From positions 1,856,001-1,920,000 of the forward strand of contig CAXXWQ010000003.1 of the NCBI GenBank assembly GCA_963674945.2: 64,000 bases of DNA. The letters run 5' to 3'. A program made the translations under genes and the position numbers. Below the pieces are notes generated by a model. That model was not told where the DNA came from. It searched no databases and saw only the letters and a program-made list of their open reading frames with translations. Of the stretch, positions 42,183 through 52,072 are shown piece by piece; position 1 is the first letter of the stretch; each line of letters begins with the position of its first letter. This DNA comes from an uncultured Desulfosarcina sp. GTDB taxonomy: Bacteria > Desulfobacterota > Desulfobacteria > Desulfobacterales > Desulfosarcinaceae.

Positions 42183-42320
42183 TGAATTCTTCAGCGTCGG
42201 TGATATGGGTTGCCGGATCGGAGCAATTTGTCAGAATCGCAAGGATTTGTCAATTTCAAGGTGCTATCGTCGTAGGGTACCCCTATAGCAAAAGCATCCA
42301 CGGCGACGGCCTTCAACTAA

Positions 42321-42467
42321 TGATGTCTGTTCATAAATGGCAGGTTCCGGTCCAGGTCAAGGCCGCAGCGATGTCGAAACCGGAGGCGTAGCAGCGCTAC
42401 GTCGAGGATTTCGAGGGAGGGAGAACGCCGACCTGGGCCGGAAGATGCCGTTTAGGGACAGGCATCA
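42321..42467 (-). repeat. Long palindromic intergenic repeat, copy 2
   Basis: Reverse complement aligns end to end with 26784-26929; begins at the lpd TGA stop. Confidence 0.85.
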
Positions 42468-43877
42468 AGATGCATAGATGGAACACTTGCGCACATTCAA
42501 GGCCGCCTCCTGCAATGCCTCGGAAAATGTGGGGTGGCCATGGATTGTACGGGAGATGTCCTCGCTGCTGGCGCCGAATTCCAAAGCGAGCACACATTCG
42601 GCAATCATGTCGGCTGCCCGGGGACCGATGATGTGAACGCCCAGGATCCGGTCGGTCTTGCCGTGGGAGATGAGTTTGACGAAGCCGTCGGTCTCCCCCA
42701 TGCAGCGGGCCCGGCCTGCACCGGAAAAGGGAAAACTCCCCACGCAGTAAGGTATGTCTCTTTTGCGCACCTGCTCCTCGGTGAGTCCCACACTGGCCAC
42801 CTCGGGCCAGGTGTACACCACCGCCGGGATGGTGTCGTAGTTCACCTCGCCGGCCCGGCCGGCCATACACTCCACCGCGGCGGTGCCTTCGGCGGAGGCC
42901 TTGTGAGCCAGCATGGGACCGGGCACCAGGTCGCCGATGGCAAAGACGCCCTTTACATTGGTGCGATAGGTCTCGTCCACGATGATGTGGCCGGTTTTCG
43001 TATCCATCTCAACCCCCAATTTCCCGAGGCCCAGCCCTCGGGTCAGGGGGCGGCGACCGATGGAGACCAGAAGCCGGTCGAAGGTCATTTCCTCTTTCTG
43101 GTCACCGCTCTCCAACACGGCTTCGAGCTTGTTGCGCGCCACCTTGGCCGAAGCCACCCGTGTGTTGAGCTTGAACGCCATGCCCTGTCGCTTTAAAATC
43201 CGGTCCAGGGTACGCCCCACCTGGCCATCCAGGGTTGTTGCGATCTTGGGAAGCATCTCGATGACGGTCACCTCGGACCCCAGACGGTTCCATACCGATC
43301 CCAGTTCCAGGCCGATGTATCCCCCTCCCACGATGCCAAGACGTTTGGGAACGCTGTCAAAGGTAAGCGCTTGGCTGGAACTGACGATATGCTTGCCGTC
43401 GAATTCCAGACCTTTTACTTCGATAGGCTCGGAACCTGTGGCGAGAAGGATGTTCGTCGCCCCGAGAAAGATGGATTTTCTCCCTTCTGTCTTCACTTCT
43501 ACCACGGCCGGCTCCGGAATCGTCGCGGTGCCGTGAAATATTTCGATGCTGTTTCCTTCCAGAAGCTTTCGGACATTTTCGGTGAGATCTTCCACCACCT
43601 TGTCCTTTCGTGCCTGCATGGCGGGAAGATCCAGGGATACCTTTCCCGTTTGGATGCCGTATTCGGCGAAGCGATCCTTGGCCAGATGGTAGTATTCGGA
43701 GGCATCCAGAAGCGCCTTGCTGGGGATGCACCCCACGTTCAGGCAAACCCCTCCCAGGCGAGACGCCTTTTCCACCACGGCGGTCTTCATGCCCAGTTGG
43801 GCCGCGCGTACCGCCGCCACGTAACCGCCGGGACCGGAACCGATGATCACCAGATCGAACCGTTCTTTCTCTGCCAT
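42465..43877 (-). CDS. lpdA: Dihydrolipoamide dehydrogenase (E3)
   Basis: GSGPGG, GGVCLNVGCIPSK, HPTFSE; follows sucB. Confidence 0.95.
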   Translation of the reverse strand: MAEKERFDLVIIGSGPGGYVAAVRAAQLGMKTAVVEKASRLGGVCLNVGCIPSKALLDASEYYHLAKDRFAEYGIQTGKVSLDLPAMQARKDKVVEDLTENVRKLLEGNSIEIFHGTATIPEPAVVEVKTEGRKSIFLGATNILLATGSEPIEVKGLEFDGKHIVSSSQALTFDSVPKRLGIVGGGYIGLELGSVWNRLGSEVTVIEMLPKIATTLDGQVGRTLDRILKRQGMAFKLNTRVASAKVARNKLEAVLESGDQKEEMTFDRLLVSIGRRPLTRGLGLGKLGVEMDTKTGHIIVDETYRTNVKGVFAIGDLVPGPMLAHKASAEGTAAVECMAGRAGEVNYDTIPAVVYTWPEVASVGLTEEQVRKRDIPYCVGSFPFSGAGRARCMGETDGFVKLISHGKTDRILGVHIIGPRAADMIAECVLALEFGASSEDISRTIHGHPTFSEALQEAALNVRKCSIYAS

Positions 43878-43879
43878 CT

Positions 43880-45154
43880 CTACACCTCCAATGCCATGCG
43901 TTCCGGGTTCTCGACAAACTCCTTGACCCTTTTCAGGAAGGTCACCGCCCCCTTGCCGTCGACGATCCGATGATCGTAACTCAACGCCACATACATCATG
44001 GGCCGAATGACGATCTCGTCGTCGATGACCACCGGCCGCTTCTCGATCTTGTGCATGCCCAGGATACCGCTTTGGGGGCTGTTTAAGATGGGCGTGGAGA
44101 GAAGGCTCCCATAGACCCCGCCGTTGCTCACCGTGAAGGTCCCCCCCTCCAGATCGGCCAGTTCCAGCCGATTCTCCTTGATCTTGGTCACATAGTCCAC
44201 GATGGCCTGTTCCACCTGGGCAAAACTCATGCGCTCCACATGGCGGATTACCGGCACCACCAGCCCTCGCTCGGTTCCCACGGCGACCCCGATGTGCTGG
44301 TAGTTGTGATAGACGATGTCACCGCCGTCGATAAAAGCGTTGATCTCCGGAATCTCCTGCAGCGCCGCCACACAGGCCTTGATGAAAAAGGACATGAACC
44401 CCAGCGAGACCCCGTGACGCTTGTTGAACGCCTCCTTGTACAATGACCGGAGTTCCATGGCGCGGGACATGTCGATCTCGTTGAAGGTGGTGAGCATGGC
44501 CGTGTTCTGTTTGGCGGCCAACAGCCTCTCTGCGATCCGCTTGCGGATGGGCGTCATGGGCATTCGCTCTTCCGGATCCTTTGTTGCGGTTTCATCCGCC
44601 CTCCCGGGCGGTTCTTCAGGAATGCCGGCCGGGGCATTTTCCAGGTAGAGCAGCACGTCTCCCTTGCTGATGCGCCCGCCGGGGCCGGTGCCGGTAATCC
44701 TGGACGCGTCCAGGTTTTTTTCGGCGATCAGCCTGCGAACCGACGGCGCCAGGGGAATGCGGTCGCCATGGGCGGCGGGAAGCGACGACGCTTCTGTTTT
44801 TCGTGGCTCGGGGGAAGACTGCTTGGCCGCGGGTTCGGGCACCGGCTTGGTTTTGGGGGCTCCGGCGGCTGCCGGCTTCTCTTCCTTGCCCTTTTCGGAT
44901 TCGGACCGGGTGGCGGCACCGGATGGATCAATGGATCCCACCACGGTACCGATGGCGACGGTCTGTCCGGCTTCCACCAGTATCGAAAGCATCCCATCGG
45001 CCTCGGCCGCCACCTCCAGGGTCACCTTATCCGTTTCGATGACAAACAACGGCTCGTCCTTTTGTACGGCCTCCCCGTCCTTTTTGAACCATTCGGCCAG
45101 AACCGCTTCCTGGACCGATTCACCGACACTGGGGATCTTGATTTCCATGGACAT
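43880..45154 (-). CDS. sucB: 2-oxoglutarate dehydrogenase E2
   Basis: Lipoyl ETDKV, TTFNE, DHRIVDG. Confidence 0.95.
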   Translation of the reverse strand: MSMEIKIPSVGESVQEAVLAEWFKKDGEAVQKDEPLFVIETDKVTLEVAAEADGMLSILVEAGQTVAIGTVVGSIDPSGAATRSESEKGKEEKPAAAGAPKTKPVPEPAAKQSSPEPRKTEASSLPAAHGDRIPLAPSVRRLIAEKNLDASRITGTGPGGRISKGDVLLYLENAPAGIPEEPPGRADETATKDPEERMPMTPIRKRIAERLLAAKQNTAMLTTFNEIDMSRAMELRSLYKEAFNKRHGVSLGFMSFFIKACVAALQEIPEINAFIDGGDIVYHNYQHIGVAVGTERGLVVPVIRHVERMSFAQVEQAIVDYVTKIKENRLELADLEGGTFTVSNGGVYGSLLSTPILNSPQSGILGMHKIEKRPVVIDDEIVIRPMMYVALSYDHRIVDGKGAVTFLKRVKEFVENPERMALEV

Positions 45155-45165
45155 AAAAACTCCTA

Positions 45166-45235
45166 AGTGATGAGTAATCAGTGATGGATGATGAGTGATC
45201 GGTCATCTGTGACCAGAAACCGAAAACCGTGAACT
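45166..45235. repeat. Degenerate 7-bp tandem repeat (10 units) filling the sucA-sucB spacer
   Basis: agtgatg agtaatc agtgatg gatgatg agtgatc ggtcatc tgtgacc agaaacc gaaaacc gtgaact. Confidence 0.65.
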
Positions 45236-47939
45236 AATCGGTTCCGATGGCCCGATCCACGATGCCGTCCTGCTCCATCTTGTATATCTTCGGGAAACCC
45301 GTAGCCGGACTGGCCGAAGCATCCCGCCCGATGTAGTGGGGTTCCTTTTTCAAAAGCCGTGATAGCATCGGCCGCGTGTACTGCCAGGCACCCATGTTTT
45401 CCGGCTCCTCCTGCACCCATGTCCAGGTCACGGCCTTTTTATACTTGCCGATGACCGATACCAGGGCCGTTTCGGGAAAAGGATAGAGAAGTTCGACCCG
45501 TACGATGGCCGTATCGTTTGCGTTGATCTGCTGCCGCCGGGCAATCAACTGGTAGTAAATCTTGCCGCTGCAGAAGATCACCTTCTTCGCCGATGCCGGC
45601 GCATCGGCATCGTCCAGAACGGCTGAGAATCCTCCTTCTGCCAGCTCCTTCGTTTCTGAAACGGCCATGGGATGACGCAGGAGACTCTTGGGGGTCATGA
45701 GCACCAGGGGTTTGCGATAGGGTGCGTGGATCTGCCTGCGCAACAGGTGAAAGTACTGGGCCGGTGTCGTCGGATTGGCCACCTGAAAATTATCGCCCGC
45801 GCAAAGCTGGAGAAATCGTTCCAATCGGGCACTGGAATGCTCGGGTCCCAACCCTTCCCATCCATGGGGCAAAAGAAGGGTAAGACCGCTAAGCTGTTGC
45901 CACTTGTCCTGACCACTGGCGATGAACAGATCGATGACACACTGGGCATTGTTGACGAAATCACCGAATTGGGCTTCCCAGAGGGTCAGGACGCGGGGCC
46001 GACATACCGAATACCCGTATTCGAAACCCAGGACCCCTGCCTCGGACAAGAGGCTGTTGTGGACGTGAAATGCCGCTTGATCGGCTGTAAGGTGATTGAG
46101 GGGAATGTGGGAGGCGCCTGTCTCATAGTCCCAAAGCACGCTGTGCCGCTGGCTGAAAGTGCCGCGCCCCACGTCCTGTCCGCTGAGTCGAACTGGATAC
46201 CCCTCGGTGAGCAAGGTGGCAAATGCCAATGCCTCGGCGCCTGCCCAGTCGATTCCGGTACCACCGGTAACCGTCTCGCGCCGCTTGTCCAGGACCCCCT
46301 TGAGCCGCGGATGGACGGCAAAACCGTCCGGCATGGTGGCCAGGCGGGTGGCGAGGGTGGCGAGTTTCTCTTCACCCACTGCCGTCTCGACGGGAGCCGG
46401 ATCGAAAATTCCACTTACGCCCTCCCATTCGGGGAAACATTTTGGTTCTGGAAAGGTGCAGGTGGATCCGTGAATTTCCTCATAGGCCGCATCCAGTTCG
46501 TCGGTGACGGCCTGGGCCATCTCTTCCACCTGTCTTTTCTCGACCACCTTTCCGGCGGTGAGTTGGTCCGCATAAACCTGGCTTACCGGCGGCCGTTGCC
46601 GGATCCGCTGGTACATGGTCGGCTGGGTGAAATAGGGTTCATCCCCTTCGTTGTGGCCATACCGGCGATAACAGACCAGGTCGATGACCACGTCCTTATG
46701 GAAAGCAAACCGGTACTCCGTGGCAAGGCGCGCCACATGAACCACGGCTTCCGGGTCTTCTCCGTGCACATGGAAGATGGGTACCATGAGCATCTTGGCG
46801 ACATCTGTGGAATAGCGGGTGGAACGGGCATCTTCGGGCAACGTGGTATACCCGATCTGGTTGTTGATGACCACATGAATGGTACCGCCGGTACGGTACC
46901 CTGATAGTTGGGACATGTTCAGGGTCTCGGCCACCACCCCCTGTCCGGCAAACGCCGCATCTCCGTGGAGTAAGACCGGCATCACGGATTTCTCTCCGTC
47001 TGTCCCGAATCGATCCTGGCGCGCCCGGGCCACCCCCTCCACCACCGGATTCACCGCCTCCAGGTGGCTGGGATTGCTTACCATGTACAGGGTCAGCTCC
47101 CGTCCCTCTTCCATCATTCGCTGGGTCAGGTAACCATTGTGGTATTTTACATCGCCGGAGCCAATGAGATCCTGGGGATCATAACAGCTTTCAAACTCCG
47201 AAAAGATCTCCTCGGCCGGTTTGTCCATGATGTTGCGCAGCACGTTAAGCCTTCCCCGGTGCGCCATCCCCAGGATGATCTCCCGGCAGCCGGCGGAAAC
47301 GGAGCGCGTGCAGCATTCGTCCAGCAGTGGAATCAACGCTTCACCGCCTTCCAGGGAAAAACGGGTAACGCCCACGTATTTTTTATTGAGAAAGGCCTCG
47401 AACAGATTGGCCGCCATGAGCTTTTCCAGCACACCGGTTTGCTCGGCGGCGGTGAATTGGGAACTGTTTCTCGTCGGCTCCATCCGTTCTTGCAGCCAGC
47501 GGCGCTCGTCAGGATCCTGGATGTGCATGTACTCCACACCGATACTGTGACAGTAGGTCTGTTTCAGTTTTCCCAGGATCTCCTTCAGGGGCGCCGACGT
47601 CTGGAGCCCCAGATCCGGCGCGGCGAAACTTCGATCCAGGTCGGATTCGACCAGACCGAAAGCCCCAAGGTCCAGCAGCGGATGGGCCGTTGGACACGCG
47701 GCCAGCGGATCCATACAGGCCAGCAGGTGGCCGATGTCACGGTACCGGTGGATCAGGGCACCGACCCGGGCCTGACGGAATGCCTGTTCGGCGTCGGCGT
47801 CCCCCGGACCCACCGGCCCGGCCATCTCGAACCCCCTGAAAAACATTTTCCAATCTTCGGAAAGGGTCGATGGATCGGTTTTCCACTTTTTGTACTGGGA
47901 GTCGATGAAATCGGCGCTTAGGGTTTCCGACAGATTCAT
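45234..47939 (-). CDS. sucA: 2-oxoglutarate dehydrogenase E1
   Basis: GMAHRGRLN, GDVKYH, HGDAAFAGQG, WEAQFGDF, GPEHSSAR; AGGAGA RBS. Confidence 0.96.
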   Translation of the reverse strand: MNLSETLSADFIDSQYKKWKTDPSTLSEDWKMFFRGFEMAGPVGPGDADAEQAFRQARVGALIHRYRDIGHLLACMDPLAACPTAHPLLDLGAFGLVESDLDRSFAAPDLGLQTSAPLKEILGKLKQTYCHSIGVEYMHIQDPDERRWLQERMEPTRNSSQFTAAEQTGVLEKLMAANLFEAFLNKKYVGVTRFSLEGGEALIPLLDECCTRSVSAGCREIILGMAHRGRLNVLRNIMDKPAEEIFSEFESCYDPQDLIGSGDVKYHNGYLTQRMMEEGRELTLYMVSNPSHLEAVNPVVEGVARARQDRFGTDGEKSVMPVLLHGDAAFAGQGVVAETLNMSQLSGYRTGGTIHVVINNQIGYTTLPEDARSTRYSTDVAKMLMVPIFHVHGEDPEAVVHVARLATEYRFAFHKDVVIDLVCYRRYGHNEGDEPYFTQPTMYQRIRQRPPVSQVYADQLTAGKVVEKRQVEEMAQAVTDELDAAYEEIHGSTCTFPEPKCFPEWEGVSGIFDPAPVETAVGEEKLATLATRLATMPDGFAVHPRLKGVLDKRRETVTGGTGIDWAGAEALAFATLLTEGYPVRLSGQDVGRGTFSQRHSVLWDYETGASHIPLNHLTADQAAFHVHNSLLSEAGVLGFEYGYSVCRPRVLTLWEAQFGDFVNNAQCVIDLFIASGQDKWQQLSGLTLLLPHGWEGLGPEHSSARLERFLQLCAGDNFQVANPTTPAQYFHLLRRQIHAPYRKPLVLMTPKSLLRHPMAVSETKELAEGGFSAVLDDADAPASAKKVIFCSGKIYYQLIARRQQINANDTAIVRVELLYPFPETALVSVIGKYKKAVTWTWVQEEPENMGAWQYTRPMLSRLLKKEPHYIGRDASASPATGFPKIYKMEQDGIVDRAIGTD

Positions 47940-48258
47940 CTTGGAAAATCTCCTTATCCCTCGTTTCTGGACGGGTGCTGTAAAAAACGGCTTCCATGGA
48001 GTCTTATCGGGAAACGGTTCAATCGTAAGTTGAAACGACAAGTATCGGGGTCAATGATCATATTACCTTAACAATAACCATACCACAACCGGCAAGACAA
48101 AAAACCGATCTGGTGAAGAAAGCTCAAAAACAAATGTAAGAACCTGTATTTTTTATTTTTCTACCAACATATCGACATCGTTGCCATTACAAAACATGTA
48201 TCATTTGAGACAGGATGTCTCGAGACGAAAGTACCAACCATGCCAATCACCCCCATGA

Positions 48259-48951
48259 TCACGATTCTCCCCTGATGCGTTTGATGATGAAAGGAATGAA
48301 AAATGAAAAAAGAAAAAGGGAAATGGAGAACAGGACCTTGAAGGAAATCAGCTCACCCCATTCACCCGATACCCACACCTGCTTTAGCGTACCGATGAAG
48401 AAGGTGAAGATGAAGGTACCGACGATGATCCCCAAACCTGTACCCGCCAGGTAGTCCGTCATCTTGACCCGGGTGAGACCCATGCCGAAATTCATCACAG
48501 TGAAGGGAAAGTAGATCAGACGCAGGTACAGGACCGTTGCGAAACCATTTTGCTCAATGGCGTCGTCATATCTTTTCATTCGGTCCCCCACGAGGGATGC
48601 GGCAAAATCCCGTCCCAGGGACCGTCCAATGACAAAGGCGCAAAAAGCGCCGATCATTGCGCCGATCCACACCCATAAAAACCCCCAATAGGGACCGAAG
48701 ATGGCCGCCCCCAAACCCGTGAGCAGGGTACCGGGGACAAAGATGCAGACACCTGCCGCATAGACGATGATAAAAACGATTGGCGCCCACAGGCCCGCCA
48801 TTTCCAGCAGTGAACCCAGTGCCTCGGCCGTCAGATAGTCCTTTATCGGTGAAAAGCGTACCAAAAAAACGGCACCGACAATGAAAAGAACGAGGACAGC
48901 CGCCTTTTTTTTACCACTGGTGTTGGTATTGGGTTTATCCACGGTCTCCAT
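48259..48951 (-). CDS. TVP38/TMEM64 (VTT/DedA) membrane protein
   Basis: FVPGTLLTGLGAAIFGPYWG, YLRLIYFPF. Confidence 0.88.
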   Translation of the reverse strand: METVDKPNTNTSGKKKAAVLVLFIVGAVFLVRFSPIKDYLTAEALGSLLEMAGLWAPIVFIIVYAAGVCIFVPGTLLTGLGAAIFGPYWGFLWVWIGAMIGAFCAFVIGRSLGRDFAASLVGDRMKRYDDAIEQNGFATVLYLRLIYFPFTVMNFGMGLTRVKMTDYLAGTGLGIIVGTFIFTFFIGTLKQVWVSGEWGELISFKVLFSISLFLFSFFIPFIIKRIRGES

Positions 48952-50422
48952 TGTCGCAATCTCCGCAGGATGCCGGTGTACAGGCCCGCCCCTTGAGGTT
49001 GAAGAAAAATTTGAGCGTTTTCTGAACCTTGTCCGAGAAGATTTTTGGTGAGAAGACGTTACCGGCAACGCGCTTTCCGATCTCTCCCAGCGTCGGATAC
49101 GGAAAGATGGCCGACGCCAAGGTGGATAGCTTCACGCCGCCGTTTACACAAGCCACCCACTGCCCGATCAAATCCCCTGCGCGGGGGCCGAATATCTGAA
49201 TCCCCAGCGGTTTCTCCTTCTTGTCGAGAATCAGTTTGATCTTCCCTTCGATATCCCCTTCGGCCAGGGCACGGTCGTTGTCCCGGAAGGACTCGGTCCA
49301 GACCGCGTATTCGATCCCCGCCTGCTTTGCCGCTTTCTCGTTCATGCCGATGCTGGCCAGTTCCGGGGCCGTGTAGGTACACCAGGGAAGCCAGGTGTAA
49401 TTCACCTTTCGCGGCAGGTGAAACACGGCATTGCTCACCACGATGCCGCCTTCGTAACCGGCCGCATGGGTAAACTGGAACCCACCGCTCACGTCTCCGG
49501 CGGCAAAGATGTTCTTTTGGCTGGTGCGAAGCCGACTGTCCACCTGGATCCCGGCGTATTCATGTGTTACGCCGGCGGCGTCCAAATGCAACTCCTGAAC
49601 GTTTGCCCGTCGGCCCATGGCCACCAGGACCGCATCGGCCTTCAATTCCACGCTGGCTGCACCGTTTCGCGAAACGACTACCGTTTTTCTCTCACCACGT
49701 TGGGACACCCTTTCCACGGACGAATTCAGGTGAAATGCGACGCCTTCGCGTGTCAGAACGTCTCGTACGGCAGCCGCCATGTCCGGATCCTCCTTGAGGA
49801 GGATCTGATCCGCCCGGTCCACAACCGTTACATCGGTTCCCATACGGTTGAATGCCTGTGCCATTTCGATACCGATGGGACCGCCCCCCAGGACGATCAT
49901 GCTTTGGGGAAGGGCTTCGAGAGAGAAGATCTCACGGTTGGTGATGAAATCGATCTCTCTAAGGCCGGGTATGGGGGGAACCATCGCCGATGATCCGGTG
50001 GCAACGACCCAGTTCCTGGCACTGATGGTCTGACCGTTCACGGAAACGGCATGGTCATCCTGAAAACCGGCGCTTCCGAACACCACCTTGGCGCCCAACG
50101 CGCAGAATCGCTCGGCCGAATCGTGTTTCTGGAGGACGGCAATCACATCGGCGATCCTCCGGGCAATGGATGAAAAATCCACCGGCGGTACGTCCAATGT
50201 CGGCAGACCGAACCGATGAGCATGTTTCATCTCATGGTAGACGTGGGCCGACCGGATGAGTGTTTTGGAAGGCACGCAGCCATAGTGAAGACAGTCTCCA
50301 CCCAGATCGTGTTCTTTTTCGATGAGCAGTGTTCTGGCACCCAGCTGCGCGGCTCCCGATGCCACGGTGAGCCCGGCCGCGCCGCCGCCGATAATTCCTA
50401 TATCGTAATCGAAATCAGCCAT
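48935..50422 (-). CDS. Class-I pyridine nucleotide-disulfide oxidoreductase (Lpd/MerA-like)
   Basis: GGGAAG, GGDCLHYGCVPSK, FTHAAG, PYPT. Confidence 0.88.
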   Translation of the reverse strand: MADFDYDIGIIGGGAAGLTVASGAAQLGARTLLIEKEHDLGGDCLHYGCVPSKTLIRSAHVYHEMKHAHRFGLPTLDVPPVDFSSIARRIADVIAVLQKHDSAERFCALGAKVVFGSAGFQDDHAVSVNGQTISARNWVVATGSSAMVPPIPGLREIDFITNREIFSLEALPQSMIVLGGGPIGIEMAQAFNRMGTDVTVVDRADQILLKEDPDMAAAVRDVLTREGVAFHLNSSVERVSQRGERKTVVVSRNGAASVELKADAVLVAMGRRANVQELHLDAAGVTHEYAGIQVDSRLRTSQKNIFAAGDVSGGFQFTHAAGYEGGIVVSNAVFHLPRKVNYTWLPWCTYTAPELASIGMNEKAAKQAGIEYAVWTESFRDNDRALAEGDIEGKIKLILDKKEKPLGIQIFGPRAGDLIGQWVACVNGGVKLSTLASAIFPYPTLGEIGKRVAGNVFSPKIFSDKVQKTLKFFFNLKGRACTPASCGDCDNGDRG

Positions 50423-51179
50423 GGTACCCTCCTTGGACATCGTTTAGGGACCAATCGTAATCCAGATATCTGACCTTGATTTTTTTCCGATCGCCCATCA
50501 GCCGGTCCCGCAAAGGCCCACGGGCGTATTTGGCAACATATCCGATCACATCATCGCCGAAATCCTCAGAAAACCATCGAAAGATCTTGCTCACCCATAA
50601 GGTGTTTCCATCCAGGCGATTGAAACGGGTGTCGTTGATGAAGTCCCGTGCGGCCCGGTCCAGTTGCATGTCCAGCTGTCTGCCGGTAAACGGCTCTTTC
50701 CGGAGTGGCGGGCACCCCATGGAAGCACAATTGATGGCGAAATGCACCCGTGGATCATTGAATCGTTTTCTCAGGATCTCATGCTCAATCTGGTCGAGGG
50801 TGAGCAGTTCTCCATGGATTCGGGCAAGCTTCTTTTTCCACGGCGATGAGAAAAAGGAGCCCAGATCCTTGATGGAATCGACGTCCGGATACCGAGACAA
50901 GATGAGCTTGATGGTCCAGGCGTTGTATGCATTGACATAAAAGGCGAACTGTTCGCTTCGCGGCAAAGATTCTGGATCCACGACCGACAACTTCTCCAGA
51001 TATTGATCCAACATCGCCTCGTCCGCCGTAATCCCTCGATAATCCAATAGTCCATCCGCGAGATGTCGGCGGAGCAACTGGGCGAAAAGCCCATGGTCCA
51101 CCGTCTCGGCATTGGCAGGAAAGACGCTCGCCCAACAGATGACCATCGCGATGGCCAAATGTAAGGTTGCAGGCTTCAT
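50415..51179 (-). CDS. DUF547 exported protein
   Basis: Signal peptide; AFYVNAYNA, PRVHFAINCASMGCP, YDWSLN. Confidence 0.88.
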   Translation of the reverse strand: MKPATLHLAIAMVICWASVFPANAETVDHGLFAQLLRRHLADGLLDYRGITADEAMLDQYLEKLSVVDPESLPRSEQFAFYVNAYNAWTIKLILSRYPDVDSIKDLGSFFSSPWKKKLARIHGELLTLDQIEHEILRKRFNDPRVHFAINCASMGCPPLRKEPFTGRQLDMQLDRAARDFINDTRFNRLDGNTLWVSKIFRWFSEDFGDDVIGYVAKYARGPLRDRLMGDRKKIKVRYLDYDWSLNDVQGGYHG

Positions 51180-51189
51180 GAGAGAGACG

Positions 51190-51411
51190 CTACTCTTTGT
51201 TGGGCCAAACTACGCCGGTCCGCTCCTCCATGAAATAACAGAAGCGATTCCATTCAAACTCCCGGAGACTGATCGGACAGCGCAGCTTGACCTTGCGGTC
51301 GGTAACCGCCACCACTTCCCAATCCCCCTTTCGGGGGCCGGTCTGGATATTGATCTTTTGCCCGACCCGGAACGGATAAGGTGCGAACACGGTTACATCG
51401 TGGGTTTCCAT
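51190..51411 (-). CDS. Small hypothetical protein
   Basis: 73 aa, AAGGA RBS, tightly spaced in the operon. Confidence 0.7.
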   Translation of the reverse strand: METHDVTVFAPYPFRVGQKINIQTGPRKGDWEVVAVTDRKVKLRCPISLREFEWNRFCYFMEERTGVVWPNKE

Positions 51412-51437
51412 TGTCGCTATCCTTTTTCGATTTTCCT

Positions 51438-51630
51438 AGTATTCGTCCAGAAATAGGAGAATTTGGTCGAGATCAAGGTGCGTGACCAATTTTAGCCCGG
51501 GTTTTGCCACGGGTGCCCGAAGGAAATTCCTTTGGGGTGCATATGGTTGATATCCCGCGGATAAAATTTTGAGCGCAACGCCGATATCGGCCAAAGCGAA
51601 AGTTGGCTTGGCCATTTCTGGATATGCACT
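51438..51630 (-). repeat. Long palindromic intergenic repeat, copy 3 (longer variant)
   Basis: Minus strand AGTGCATATCCAGAAATGG...CTATTTCTGGACGAATACT ends match copy 1; internal CCGATATCGGCGTT and CCTTGATCTCG match copy 4. Confidence 0.78.
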
Positions 51631-51841
51631 ATCTGATATTTTCAAACTTGTCATGCCAAGCACAGTCATTGCAATAGGTTTCTGTATTGTCATCCACAGG
51701 CGGGCATTCATCGGGTTCCGTCTCCTCGGAAAACCGGACCTCCCCGTCCCTGCACTCGAACTCGTGAACGTCGTATTCGTCTTCGTGATTCTTCACATAA
51801 AAGGTCTTGCAGCCGCAGACCGGGCATTTGGATTGGCGCAT
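51629..51841 (-). CDS. Small acidic Zn-ribbon protein
   Basis: CPVC...CNDC, GGAGGT RBS. Confidence 0.75.
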   Translation of the reverse strand: MRQSKCPVCGCKTFYVKNHEDEYDVHEFECRDGEVRFSEETEPDECPPVDDNTETYCNDCAWHDKFENIR

Positions 51842-51859
51842 GGCGATACCTCCAAAATT

Positions 51860-51985
51860 GACGGATTCGTAAAAGGCCCGATATCGGCGTTACGCTTCAT
51901 CTCTCGTCACTGCGGCGTACTCTATGTAGGCCTCATTCCTTAAGGACTCGCAATCCTTGATCTCGAACTTTTTTACGAAGCCGTC
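51860..51985 (+). repeat. Long palindromic intergenic repeat, copy 4 (variant ends)
   Basis: GACGGATTCGTAAAA...TTTTACGAAGCCGTC terminal IR; shares CCGATATCGGCGTT, CGTA-N7-TAGGCCTC and CCTTGATCTCG. Confidence 0.78.
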
Positions 51986-52072
51986 CGAAATCAGTTTTTT
52001 AGTAGTTCATCAAAATTATCCTTTAAATGATAGCGAACATTCTTTCCCGTCATTTTGTTGGGAGAGGAGATC

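Noticed and set aside
45166..45235. CRISPR array here or at the long palindromic repeats
   Set aside because: No constant 23-47 bp repeats with unique spacers and no cas genes in the window.
45672..47921. Long plus-strand ORFs (410 and 285 aa), plus similar ones opposite dnaG, the MCP and lpd
   Set aside because: Antisense shadows expected from GC-rich codon usage.
48935..50422. Mercuric reductase merA
   Set aside because: No vicinal C-terminal Cys-Cys pair, no HMA domain and no mer genes nearby.
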